Positions 41,337-52,335 of a DNA stretch of 64,000 nt are shown piece after piece. The notes beneath the pieces are model-generated. The model saw nothing but the letters and a program-made list of their open reading frames with translations, did no database searches and was not told the DNA's origin. The DNA comes from a bacterium (GTDB lineage: Bacteria; UBA8248), in contig CBDBBI010000010.1 of the NCBI GenBank assembly GCA_965202625.1, positions 896,001-960,000 of the forward strand, read 5' to 3'. A program made the translations under genes and the position numbers. Every line of letters begins with the position of its first letter. Within the stretch, counting starts at the first letter, position 1.

Positions 41337-42101
41337 GTGTTTACAAAACCACTAGCGAATAAGCGCGTCATCATCACAGGCGCATCAACGGGTATCGGAG
41401 CCGCTATCGCTCAAGAATACGCAAAGGCGGGTGCCCACATATGGGGTGCGGGTGGCAGCGACCCAACAGGACTACAAAGCGCGATGGATACATGTAGAAA
41501 TCTTGGGGTGCGCGCGGATGGGAAATGTTATGATTTGTCGGACGCAAAGCGCAGCGTTCCGCTGATTCATGATGGCGTCGACTTTCTAGGTGGGCTGGAT
41601 ATTCTGATCGTTTGCGCGGGCACGCGCGCTTTTAAGCCCATCGTCGAGATCACGGATGAGGAAATCGACCTTTTATTCGAAGTAAATGCAAAATCCGCCT
41701 ACATAGCATCTCGCGAAGCGTCAAAGGTGATGATTCCTCAAAAAAGCGGAGCAATCCTGATGATTGGCTCATCCGCCGGACACCGAGGCAGGGCTGACAC
41801 TAGCCTTTATTCAGCAACTAAATCCGTCCTTCACCATCTCACAAAGTGCTTGGCCCTGGAATTGGGGCCTCGGGGAATCCGCGTAAATTGCCTGGCGCCA
41901 GGCCTCATCGCAAGCCCGCGCGTAAAAGCGCGGCTCGATGAAAAGCCCGCGTATCTTCAATCCAGGCTGGAGGGCATACCGATCAAACAACTCGGCACAG
42001 TCGAGAATATGGCAGCCACCGCTCTATTCATGGTCTCCGCTCAAAATGAATTCATGAATGGCGCGATTGTGCTTTCAGACGGCGGGGTCACAGCAGGGTA
42101 G
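41337..42101 (+). CDS. SDR family oxidoreductase
   Basis: TGASTGIG, YSATK and RVNCLAPG motifs. Confidence 0.92.
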   Translation: MFTKPLANKRVIITGASTGIGAAIAQEYAKAGAHIWGAGGSDPTGLQSAMDTCRNLGVRADGKCYDLSDAKRSVPLIHDGVDFLGGLDILIVCAGTRAFKPIVEITDEEIDLLFEVNAKSAYIASREASKVMIPQKSGAILMIGSSAGHRGRADTSLYSATKSVLHHLTKCLALELGPRGIRVNCLAPGLIASPRVKARLDEKPAYLQSRLEGIPIKQLGTVENMAATALFMVSAQNEFMNGAIVLSDGGVTAG

Positions 42102-42117
42102 AAACGTGTGCGACGTG

Positions 42118-43452
42118 ATGCGACTTTTAAGAAAGAAATGTCTTTTCCTTCTCGCTGCGGCCTGCGCGTTTCTACAACATGGAAATATGGCTGAAGGCGA
42201 AGTGCCTCTTGTCACCCATCAAGCCTTCACCGCTTTGGTATCGAGCAGAACGAAATGGCTACTGACCGCGCCAGCCGAAAAAGGATTCGACGCGAAAAAC
42301 ACCACCCTCCTGGCCTTTACGATGGATGGCGACTTTCACCCCATCACTTTCAAAAAAGTGGATGAGACGCTTCGCGCGCATGTGCAAGACCATCCCACCC
42401 CTTCCGATTTATCCGCCAACGTCCCACCCACGCAACTGCCAGATGGAAGTTTCGTGGGCGCAGGGAAAAGCGGAATGTTCATCAACGTCGACCCCATCGA
42501 GCGACGTTGGCTATTCGTTTGGCCCAGCGTTCGCCCCTCTACCCTGTCGAAAGCCGCAGTGTTGGGACGAGGAGCCGTAGCGATGGTAGGCGTAGATGGC
42601 TCCATACTTTTGTTTCGGAAAATAGAGGACAAATGGCTTGAAACCCAACGCATTGAAGGGAGTGTGGCAAAAACATTGCCAGACGCCGTCCTCACGGCCG
42701 CTGACCTGGACGGGGATGACGAGAAAGAACTTATCGTGCCCGCCGCGCCATCGAAGCGTTATGGACACGCCGTCCTCGGAGACGGTGTTGAACCCACGGA
42801 AATTCACGCATATCGTTTCGACGGAAAATCCCTCGAACGCATGGGTACATACGCAGCAGGCGGAAATGGCGTTTTTGAGGCCATCGGCACCCTTGCCTCA
42901 GACCTGGATAAAGACGGGAAACAGGAAATTATCGTCACGAGAAGCGACTCCGTCGGTGGGGCCGCTCATCTCGTTTTGGAGATGAAGAACAACAACCTCA
43001 CACTGAAGGCTCGAGGCGCCGCGATCGGTCAGGCAAACCGCTGGTCGCATCTATTAGGCGCTTTCCACATCGATGGCGGCATACCGAAAGTCCTAGCCGT
43101 TGAAACGCCGCATCTGGCAGGTTTCTTGTTGGCGCTACGTCTCAGCGGAGGTCAGCTCCGAGAGCGCGCGCGCGCCGCTGGTTTCACGACCCATGCGCTT
43201 GGCTCTCGAAACCTTTGGGAATTTGCTTTGCTGAGGCGTCGCGGCGTCGTGGAGGTCGTCGTGCAACAAGTCGGCCGGAGGCATTTGAGCGCGCTCGCGC
43301 TTTTCGGGAACCGTTGGCGCGTCCGGTGGTCACGCCCGATACCCTCGGCCGTTCGCTCTAACATACTCGCCGCGGATTTCAACCACGACGCGAAAGATGA
43401 CATCGCGTTCGTGGATCAATCGGGTCGCGTGCACATTTATTTGTCTAACTAA
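42118..43452 (+). CDS. Exported FG-GAP/VCBS-repeat (beta-propeller) protein
   Basis: Signal-peptide-like N-terminus; three Ca-loop motifs DLDGDDEKELI, DLDKDGKQEII and DFNHDAKDDI. Confidence 0.75.
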   Translation: MRLLRKKCLFLLAAACAFLQHGNMAEGEVPLVTHQAFTALVSSRTKWLLTAPAEKGFDAKNTTLLAFTMDGDFHPITFKKVDETLRAHVQDHPTPSDLSANVPPTQLPDGSFVGAGKSGMFINVDPIERRWLFVWPSVRPSTLSKAAVLGRGAVAMVGVDGSILLFRKIEDKWLETQRIEGSVAKTLPDAVLTAADLDGDDEKELIVPAAPSKRYGHAVLGDGVEPTEIHAYRFDGKSLERMGTYAAGGNGVFEAIGTLASDLDKDGKQEIIVTRSDSVGGAAHLVLEMKNNNLTLKARGAAIGQANRWSHLLGAFHIDGGIPKVLAVETPHLAGFLLALRLSGGQLRERARAAGFTTHALGSRNLWEFALLRRRGVVEVVVQQVGRRHLSALALFGNRWRVRWSRPIPSAVRSNILAADFNHDAKDDIAFVDQSGRVHIYLSN

Positions 43453-43551
43453 CTCCCCATCGGCAAAATTGAGGGATGAGGCGCGATTCAGCTGAGCCCA
43501 TATCCGCTGCCCCCTTAAAAACGAACGCTTGGTAGAACGGTGCGATCCACT

Positions 43552-44874
<1,323 letters not shown>

Positions 44875-45035
44875 CTACAACCCTACTCACCAAAGCGGCA
44901 TAGGGTAGCCCATCTCTGACATAGCGTAAAAGGCGGGGGAGGATTTTTCAGTTCCATTCAATTCGACCTTTGAGATGCCGGATGCTATCGCAACATGAGC
45001 CCCGCCCGTCTGCAAAAATTAGGGGAGATACGTGA

Positions 45036-46062
45036 GTGATGCCTCTAACGGTATTGCGCATATTGGATTTAAGCCGCTTTCTTCCGGGTGGGCAATGCCC
45101 CCTGATGCTAGCCGACATGGGAGCGGACGTGCTCATTGATAGATTCCGCCCCGGAGTAATGGAGCACCTCGGTGTCGGCTACCCAAGGCTCAAGCGAGAG
45201 AACCCTTACCTCATCCACTGCGCCATCACCGAATATGGCCAAAGCGGCCCGCTGGCGCAAACGCCAAAGTATGACTTGAACTTCCAATCCATGGGCGGCA
45301 TAGTTAGAAGTCCCCGGCTCTGCAGAGTCTGCAAAGGACGCTCCTCGCACGCCCGGAGTGCTCATAGGGGGCGTGGGCGTCTTTCGCCATACTTGCGGCC
45401 TTGCACCTCGCCGAGCGGACGAGCGTCGGACAATTCATCGACATGTCGATGTTCGACGACGTGATGGGATTTTTATCCATCCATGGGCAGACATATCTCT
45501 CAACCGGCGAGTGCGCGGGACGCGAGGAGATATGACATAACGGCAGGAGGCCGTGCTATCGCTTTCATCCTACAAAAGTGACCGGATGCTTTCCGTCGCA
45601 TGTTCTGAGCCGAAATTTTGGGTACATTTATGCGAACTTATCGGACACGCTGATTTTTATGAGGATTATAGCGCTAGCAGCGATCGGCGAGCGGAAGTGA
45701 TTCAGGCGTTAAATAAAACTTTTCGAACGAAGACCCCCAAAGAGTGGATCACGTTTTTTGACGGAGCGGACGTATGAGTGAGCTCGCACGCTAAACATGC
45801 GCGAGAGCTTCGGACACCCGCAGGTGAGGGCGAGTGGGCTTGTGCGGGAATATCGGCATCTGACCAGAGGGACGTATTCTGGCACGCAGCCATCGCCCAA
45901 ATTCTCAGACATCCCGATAAGAGACTCCCTCCCCGTTTGCGTGAGCATTCGGTCGAAATATTAAGGGAGTACGGGTTTCAAGACGAGGAGATCGAAAATT
46001 TGATGGCGTCTGGCGCCTCCCACCGAGGAGCTCACCCGGTAGGCGAAACCATCAGCGCATGA
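45036..46062 (+). pseudogene. Family III CoA-transferase (CaiB/BaiF), broken
   Basis: RILDLSRFLPG...LADMGADV, FRPGVMEHLGVGY, EPKFW and PRLREHSVEILREYG pieces in several frames, with internal deletions. Confidence 0.88.
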
Positions 46063-46167
46063 ATTCGCCTCAGCGGGGGAGCAAACCAATGCAAAGCGGA
46101 TCAATTTTCATTGAACGAGGATTTGCAGGGAGGCAACATGGGGGAGCGGTGCCGAGCGAATCGCCCT

Positions 46168-46635
46168 TCATTCGCTATGGCTGCGTTCTTCAAGCTTCTC
46201 CAATTCCGCCTCAAAGTCTTTGAGAGTCCCGAATGACCGATAAACCGACGCAAAGCGCACATAAGCCACTTCATCGACATCTCTCAACTCCTCCATCAGT
46301 TTCTCTCCTATAGCCTTTGTTGATATTTCCTTATCGCCAACATCAAGGATATAGCGTTCGACGCGGTCGACAATCGCTTCTTGATCCTCAGCGGAAACAG
46401 GTCTCTTCTCCAGTGCCTTCTTGATGCCCACGCTAATCTTGTCACGCAGATAATTCACACGAGTACCATCTTTTTTGACGATGAGCGGCCAAGAGACTTC
46501 CACCCTCTCGTAGGTCGTAAAACGGTGGGCGCATCTCTCGCATTTACGTCTTCTGCGAATCGAGTTTCCTTCCTTGGTCGTCCGGCTGTCGACCACCTTG
46601 CTCCCAGAATGACTACAAGTTGGACATTTCATCAA
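46168..46635 (-). CDS. nrdR: Transcriptional repressor NrdR
   Basis: CPTC..SKVVDSR..RRRRKCERC..RFTTYE, ATP cone and VAYVRFASVY motifs. Confidence 0.98.
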   Translation of the reverse strand: MMKCPTCSHSGSKVVDSRTTKEGNSIRRRRKCERCAHRFTTYERVEVSWPLIVKKDGTRVNYLRDKISVGIKKALEKRPVSAEDQEAIVDRVERYILDVGDKEISTKAIGEKLMEELRDVDEVAYVRFASVYRSFGTLKDFEAELEKLEERSHSE

Positions 46636-46660
46636 AATTCGCCATGGGCGGTGGGATCAA

Positions 46661-47119
46661 TCAGGACGTCGGCTGGCACGCATCCTCAATATCGGCAATC
46701 TTGGCCAGACGTCGGGCGTGACGCCCGCCCTCGAACTCCGTTTCCAGCCAGATGGCCACTACCTTTTCCGCCTCATCAAAGCTTATCATCCGGCCCGCCA
46801 GGGATAAAACGTTGGCGTCATTGTGTCGGCGGCTCATCCGCGCCGCCCACTCATCATGGCACGCGACGGCGCGAACGCCCGGAAATTTATTCGCTACAAT
46901 AACCATCCCCGCGGCCGAGCCACAGCACAAAATTCCCCGCTCGAAAGCGCCATCGCTCACCCCACGAGCGGCGGGTGCGGCATAATCCGGATAATCACAA
47001 GACTCCCCCGAGTTCGTCCCAAAATCCCAGTATGGAATCGAGCGCTCATCAAGGAACTGCTTCACCGCTTCTTTCAACGCATATCCTCGATGGTCAGCGG
47101 CAAGAGCGATTTGATTCAT
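46661..47119 (-). CDS. rpiB: Ribose 5-phosphate isomerase B
   Basis: AADHRG, DYPD, CGSAAG, RRHNDANVL and FEGGRH motifs; start placed at MNQIAL. Confidence 0.95.
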   Translation of the reverse strand: MNQIALAADHRGYALKEAVKQFLDERSIPYWDFGTNSGESCDYPDYAAPAARGVSDGAFERGILCCGSAAGMVIVANKFPGVRAVACHDEWAARMSRRHNDANVLSLAGRMISFDEAEKVVAIWLETEFEGGRHARRLAKIADIEDACQPTS

Positions 47120-47144
47120 CGGGGATTCTCCGGACGATATCCTT

Positions 47145-47180
47145 TGGTCAGCACCATGATTCTGGTCAGCACCATGATTC
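47145..47180. repeat. Perfect 18 bp tandem duplication
   Basis: TGGTCAGCACCATGATTC twice (47145-47162 and 47163-47180). Confidence 0.95.
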
Positions 47181-47182
47181 AA

Positions 47183-47211
47183 AATCTAGTGGGCGGCAAC
47201 TCATAAGTCAA
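47183..47211 (-). promoter_or_regulatory. Sigma70-like promoter for rpiB-nrdR
   Basis: Minus strand TTGACT-N17-TAGATT. Confidence 0.6.
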
Positions 47212-47348
47212 GCGATCACGCATCGGTGTATGTTGACATTTCAGATTCGTTGGTTTGCCGGGTGAGGTATCTTTCGGGTTGCGTTGCTTAATCGCCGCAA
47301 CGATTCCATTCAGGGGCGGAAGAACACGTCGCTACTCACCACAAAACG

Positions 47349-48620
47349 TCAATAGGGCTTAATCTCTCCTGCAAAAATTGATTTCCCCAAAAGAATTCTC
47401 GATGCTGCTTGCGCAATTTTCTTAAACTCGTTCTCAGCGGCCAGCCTCTCTCCCTTCTCCTGCAAACATCGCGCCTCCATCAGATGCAGTGCCAGACGCA
47501 CCCAAGAATCCTCATCCTCTTCAGACATAGCGAGAGAAGAAGCCATCTCTATGCTTTTATCGACCTTTTCAAGCTGCCCCCCCTCCAGCATCAACGCTGC
47601 GTGCAGCACATGGTGATAGATATCTTTCTCTCGACGTTTTCCTGCAGATTGAATGTGAGCAGCCGCTTTTTTTATCGTACTCTGTGATTCCAAAGGACCC
47701 AAAGCCAACGTCATTCTTTGCAGAAACTCCAAACCGCCCAAATCCTGATACCCGTTCTCCCACATGCGTAGAGCACGCTTTTCTCGGCCCGCCGCCAGCT
47801 GCGCATCACCCAACAAAAGGTATGTCTTTTTCTCTCCAGAGAGGTGGTGCATGGCTCGTTCGAGAAACGGAATCGCCGCTTCGGGCCGAGAAGCACTTAA
47901 TTTCGCCTCTCCCGCAGTTAGATACGCGCGGCCAGCAATCTGCTTATCCGCTTGCCGATCAAAATCAGACGCTCCTAATTGAGAGATTTTCTCGCAAACT
48001 TCGACAGCAGCCTCAGTACGACCATTTTCCAAATACACATCCCTGAGCTTTCGGAGCACCAACGGGCTCGCACCCCTGCCTGCACTGTTTTGCGCGAGAA
48101 GCTCGAGTGCCTCTCCCGCCTTGCCAGCATGATCGAGAGTCTCGGAAAGACGTATGATGGAATCAGGCGAGTTATTCGTAACTGCGAGAAGGCGCTCATT
48201 CCATTGAATAGCGTCATTCGAGTTACCGGAATCTATGGCCATATCCGCAGCCAGTCTTAACGCCGGAATGAAGCGTGGATCATCCCTTAACACGCGTCTG
48301 AGCTCTCTCCGCGCACGCCTTATTTTACCTTGAATCCCCAAACTTTGCGCGCGGAAGAATCGCTCTTGTGCGCGATTCAAGCGTTTTTGTTTCTGAGCGG
48401 TCTTCTGACGCGAAAACCAGCCAAGAACAGCCTCTCCCCACCCCAGAACGGAGGCCAGAAACGAGCCAATGAGAGCGGCTCCCAACACCACAAAAGCCAA
48501 TGGCATTCTCACAGACCAAGCATCCGTAAAACGCAAGTCGATGAACTCTCGGTTATAGTGCAGAAAATAGACAGCGGCCCCCACCGGGACGGCAAGGGTG
48601 AACAAAGTCCGAAGCTTCAT
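47349..48620 (-). CDS. LapA-like membrane domain fused to TPR repeats (LapA/LapB-like)
   Basis: Two N-terminal TM helices with the N..I.L.F...PLAFVVL LapA pattern, followed by TPRs. Confidence 0.65.
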   Translation of the reverse strand: MKLRTLFTLAVPVGAAVYFLHYNREFIDLRFTDAWSVRMPLAFVVLGAALIGSFLASVLGWGEAVLGWFSRQKTAQKQKRLNRAQERFFRAQSLGIQGKIRRARRELRRVLRDDPRFIPALRLAADMAIDSGNSNDAIQWNERLLAVTNNSPDSIIRLSETLDHAGKAGEALELLAQNSAGRGASPLVLRKLRDVYLENGRTEAAVEVCEKISQLGASDFDRQADKQIAGRAYLTAGEAKLSASRPEAAIPFLERAMHHLSGEKKTYLLLGDAQLAAGREKRALRMWENGYQDLGGLEFLQRMTLALGPLESQSTIKKAAAHIQSAGKRREKDIYHHVLHAALMLEGGQLEKVDKSIEMASSLAMSEEDEDSWVRLALHLMEARCLQEKGERLAAENEFKKIAQAASRILLGKSIFAGEIKPY

Positions 48621-48641
48621 TCGCAACTCACTGCTTGGTGT

Positions 48642-49019
48642 CTAACTGCCGCCGCGCCTCTCAATCTCATTTTGCGCCGCCACGGTATAACGCGCATAGG
48701 GAATCGCTTCCAGACGGGAATAGGGAATGGGCTCATCCGATTCATCACAAATACCATAGATGCCCTCTTTAATCCTCTGAAACGCCGCCTCCACTTCTCG
48801 CAAACGCTCCCGTTCTCTTTCGCCTAAATCCATCAACACTTGGCGCGAATAGGTGTCGGCAGCCATGTCTGCAATATCTTGCGTTCCATCGTCACCTATT
48901 TCCTTAGTATGGGCTTTGTTTTTCTCTACATCACCAAGTATTTCCCGGCGCACTTCATACAATCTCTCTTCTAAATTTCTCAACTGCTTTTTCGTCAAAT
49001 GCTTCACAGGAAACCTCAA
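48642..49019 (-). CDS. dksA: DksA/TraR family regulator
   Basis: DIADMA coiled-coil tip and AFQRIKEGIYGICDESDEPIPYSRLEAIPYA. Confidence 0.88.
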   Translation of the reverse strand: MRFPVKHLTKKQLRNLEERLYEVRREILGDVEKNKAHTKEIGDDGTQDIADMAADTYSRQVLMDLGERERERLREVEAAFQRIKEGIYGICDESDEPIPYSRLEAIPYARYTVAAQNEIERRGGS

Positions 49020-49035
49020 CTTTTATTCTCATGAC

Positions 49036-49437
49036 TTAGACGCTAGACACCATTGGTTTGATGATAGGCGCGTGCGCCCACAAATCCTCTAGCCGATAAA
49101 AATCCCTACTCTTCTCATTAAATATATGAACGAGAAAATCTCCACAGTCCATCAACACCCAGTTTCCTTCTTCTAACCCTTCTGAGAAAAATATATTGTC
49201 ACCTATTTCCTGAAGTTTCTCCTTAGTTGCTTCACAGAGCGCCTTCACATGGCGGAGGCTCGTTGCGTGACAAATCAGGAAAGCGTCCACTTCCACCGAG
49301 AGAGGTCGCAGGTCCAAAAGCACGACATCCATCGCTTTTTTCGCTTCCAATGACTCTTGGAGAGCATGCAGCCGATTCTCTAGTTGCTTGATAAGTTCCC
49401 ACCCCCAATCATTACGAAACAATTCCCGAGTGTCCAT
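49036..49437 (-). CDS. rsfS: Ribosome silencing factor
   Basis: KKAMDVVLLD and WVLMDCGDFLVHIF...RDFYRLEDLW motifs. Confidence 0.95.
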   Translation of the reverse strand: MDTRELFRNDWGWELIKQLENRLHALQESLEAKKAMDVVLLDLRPLSVEVDAFLICHATSLRHVKALCEATKEKLQEIGDNIFFSEGLEEGNWVLMDCGDFLVHIFNEKSRDFYRLEDLWAHAPIIKPMVSSV

Positions 49438-50095
49438 ATAATCGGCGTCGAATTATAAAGAGTTCGACCTCACGTGGCAATAAACATCGTATAGAGGAGG
49501 CCTTTTTGATCCGTTCTCTGATCCGAGTCGCCGAAATGTCGATCTCCTTGATTGGAAGAAATTTTATGACCCGCTTCTTTGCTTCATCAATAAATTGCGC
49601 TTCTTTGCTTAAGTCTTTTTTTATGCAATAACCCGGCGCGATTTCCTTGATAATGCGAAAAAGCGTTTTAAAATACTCTTGCGAATTTTGCTCTCCTCGC
49701 AAAGTAACCGCAAAATTGATGGCGCTTAACACCTCTTTCGGCCTGTGCCATGTGCCCAACTCAACAAAAGCATCCGCACCGATAATGAAGAACATCTCGT
49801 CGTCATCAGGCACCCTCCGCCCTACTTCCTTCACGGTATCGAGCGTATAGGATACCCCCCCTCGCTCTACTTCGATCGAGTCGCACACATACGCGGGATA
49901 ATCTACCAAAGCAATACGAATCATCTCCAGTCTGTCCGCCACTGAAGCAATCTCACCCTTCGGTTTATGAGGTGGCGAAGCGGATGGAACAAACCGGATT
50001 TCATCAAGCCTTAGCGTCCTGCGCACTTCATCGGCGGAGTGGAGGTGCCCGTAGTGAATCGGGTTAAAAGTCCCGCCCAGAATTCCGATGCGCAA
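49412..50095 (-). CDS. nadD: Nicotinate-nucleotide adenylyltransferase
   Basis: GGTFNPIHYGH, PPHK, SYTLDT, IIGAD and ISATRIR motifs. Confidence 0.97.
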   Translation of the reverse strand: MRIGILGGTFNPIHYGHLHSADEVRRTLRLDEIRFVPSASPPHKPKGEIASVADRLEMIRIALVDYPAYVCDSIEVERGGVSYTLDTVKEVGRRVPDDDEMFFIIGADAFVELGTWHRPKEVLSAINFAVTLRGEQNSQEYFKTLFRIIKEIAPGYCIKKDLSKEAQFIDEAKKRVIKFLPIKEIDISATRIRERIKKASSIRCLLPREVELFIIRRRLYGHSGIVS

Positions 50096-50113
50096 TGTCT
50101 CCCCTTGCTCTTT

Positions 50114-51265
50114 CTACGTCGGTTCCATCAAAACAAAATTGTTTCGATGAACGACCTCATCGTAGTCTTTGCTGCCAAGAATCGAGGCAATTTCCTTTGT
50201 TTGCTTTCCGGCGATTTGAGCCACCTCACCACTTGAATAATTCGCCAGGCCACGGCCCAAAATCACCTCATGGGCGCCTCGTATCTCCACCACATCGCCA
50301 AAACGAAAATTCCCGCCGGCAGATACGACGCCGCTGGGCAAAAGACTCTTCCCTCGCTTCACTAGGGCGTTCACCGCGCCAACGTCGATCTTCAGCCAAC
50401 CACGGGGCTTGGCCGTGGTCCCTATCCAGCCCTTTTTCCCTTTCAAGCGCGCGCTATTCGGAACGAATAGCGTCCCCAATGGTTCACCCGCCAATGCACG
50501 CTCAATGACGTTGGGTTCTCGCCCTTTCACGACGAGCGTTCTGATTCCCACCTTGTTGAGAATTTTGACCGCCTGCACCTTCGCTCGCATTCCTCCATGG
50601 GCGAGGGGATTCGGGCTCTTGCCCGCGATCGAAAAAATTTCCTTGGGGAGTCCCTCAACGCGGGGAATCAAACGCGCCTGCTCTGATATCCTAGGGTCCT
50701 CATCATATAAGCCCGCCACGTCGGATAAAAGGATGACAAGACCTGCTTGAATCATTTGCGCCGACTGGGCGGCAAGGGTGTCATTGTCTCCAAAACGGAT
50801 TTCTTCGACTGAAACAGTATCATTTTCGTTCACAATCGGGAGCACGCCTTTGCTCATCAACGTCTCAAAAGTGTTGCAAGCGTTCAAGAATCGGCTTCTC
50901 TCGTCTAAATCAGAGTGAATAAGCAACACTTGTGCCGTCTCAACGCCCCTGCGTCTGAATGCGCGTCCATACGCTTCCATCAGGATGGGTTGACCTACGG
51001 CGGCGGCCGCTTGACGCTCAGGAACCGCTTTGGGAATTCCCTCCATGTCTAGCCTTTTCACACCGGCTGCAATAGCTCCGGATGAAACCACAACGACTTG
51101 ACGACCCTCCTTTCGGAGTTTTACGACTTGCGAAGCGATGCGCCCTAGAACCCTTCGGTTCACGCCCAACTCATCAGACGCCGTCAAAACCGAGCTTCCT
51201 ACTTTGACCACGATGCGACGGCTCTTAAGCGCAAAATCACTCCTTTGCATTATCGCGTCCCCCAT
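50114..51265 (-). CDS. proB: Glutamate 5-kinase
   Basis: VVKVGSS, VSSGAIAAG, NENDTV and GDNDTLAA motifs; C-terminal PUA domain. Confidence 0.97.
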   Translation of the reverse strand: MGDAIMQRSDFALKSRRIVVKVGSSVLTASDELGVNRRVLGRIASQVVKLRKEGRQVVVVSSGAIAAGVKRLDMEGIPKAVPERQAAAAVGQPILMEAYGRAFRRRGVETAQVLLIHSDLDERSRFLNACNTFETLMSKGVLPIVNENDTVSVEEIRFGDNDTLAAQSAQMIQAGLVILLSDVAGLYDEDPRISEQARLIPRVEGLPKEIFSIAGKSPNPLAHGGMRAKVQAVKILNKVGIRTLVVKGREPNVIERALAGEPLGTLFVPNSARLKGKKGWIGTTAKPRGWLKIDVGAVNALVKRGKSLLPSGVVSAGGNFRFGDVVEIRGAHEVILGRGLANYSSGEVAQIAGKQTKEIASILGSKDYDEVVHRNNFVLMEPT

Positions 51266-51277
51266 GGGGCTCCCCGT

Positions 51278-52306
51278 CTATATCGTTGGAATGGCTTTGT
51301 TTCCGGGTTCTTTGATCTGCTTAAGCATTTGCGACGTTCTGCCTAGCAATTCACTTAAACCGAAGCCCGAAACCGCCGAGACAAGGTGCGTTTCCACCCC
51401 TCGCGCCATGATTCCCTCGCGCAGTTTCAACAAATGATCCCTAGACTCCTGAAGGTCCATTTTTGTCAAAACGGCCATTCTGCGTTTCTCGGCCAGAAGG
51501 GGCGAGAACATAGACAACTCATGGACCACTGCGTCAAAATCCGAGAGACCTCGCTCAAGGGGCAAGGACGCATCGACTAAATGGAGAAGCAACACACAAC
51601 GTTCCACGTGTCGCAAAAATTGCAATCCCAGGCCCTTCCCCTTGTTGGCGCCTGGCATCAGCCCCGGAATGTCGGCCACCACACATGAGTCGTAATCGCC
51701 TAAACGCACCACTCCCAGATTGGGGTAGAGCGTCGTGAACGGATAATCAGCAATCTTGGGCTTACTTTCAGAAATTCTCGATATGAGCATGGACTTCCCC
51801 GCATTGGGCATTCCGATGAGCCCCACATCCGCGAGTAGTTTCAACTCCAACAGCAAGAGGTGCTCTTCCCCCTCTTTTCCTTTTGTTGTCCTCCGGGGAG
51901 CTCGATTCGTTGCGCTCTTAAAATGCGCATTGCCGAGTCCGCCCCGGCCCCCTTGCGCGATAATGACTTCTAGCCCTTCTTGTGAGAGATCTACCATCAT
52001 GTCCCCTGTTTCAGCATCACGCACGATAGTTCCCAAAGGCACTTCGAGTAACAAATCCTCCCCATTGCTCCCATGCTTGTTGCTTCCCATCCCCCTTTGG
52101 CCTTTTTTCGCTCTCAGAAACGACTGGTATCTAAAATTCATCAACGTATTCAAGGACGAAGCGCCTTGAAAAATTACATGCCCGCCACACCCACCATTCC
52201 CCCCGTCAGGGCCGCCTTTCGGCACAAACTTCTCCCGGCGGAAGCTGAGGCAACCGTCACCTCCACGGCCTGCCTGCACCCGTATTTGAGCGGTATCAAC
52301 AAACAT
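51278..52306 (-). CDS. obgE: GTPase Obg
   Basis: [29 protein letters not shown] and DIPG motifs. Confidence 0.98.
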   Translation of the reverse strand: MFVDTAQIRVQAGRGGDGCLSFRREKFVPKGGPDGGNGGCGGHVIFQGASSLNTLMNFRYQSFLRAKKGQRGMGSNKHGSNGEDLLLEVPLGTIVRDAETGDMMVDLSQEGLEVIIAQGGRGGLGNAHFKSATNRAPRRTTKGKEGEEHLLLLELKLLADVGLIGMPNAGKSMLISRISESKPKIADYPFTTLYPNLGVVRLGDYDSCVVADIPGLMPGANKGKGLGLQFLRHVERCVLLLHLVDASLPLERGLSDFDAVVHELSMFSPLLAEKRRMAVLTKMDLQESRDHLLKLREGIMARGVETHLVSAVSGFGLSELLGRTSQMLKQIKEPGNKAIPTI

Positions 52307-52335
52307 GGCGAGGGCGGAATCTGCCCATTGAGAGG

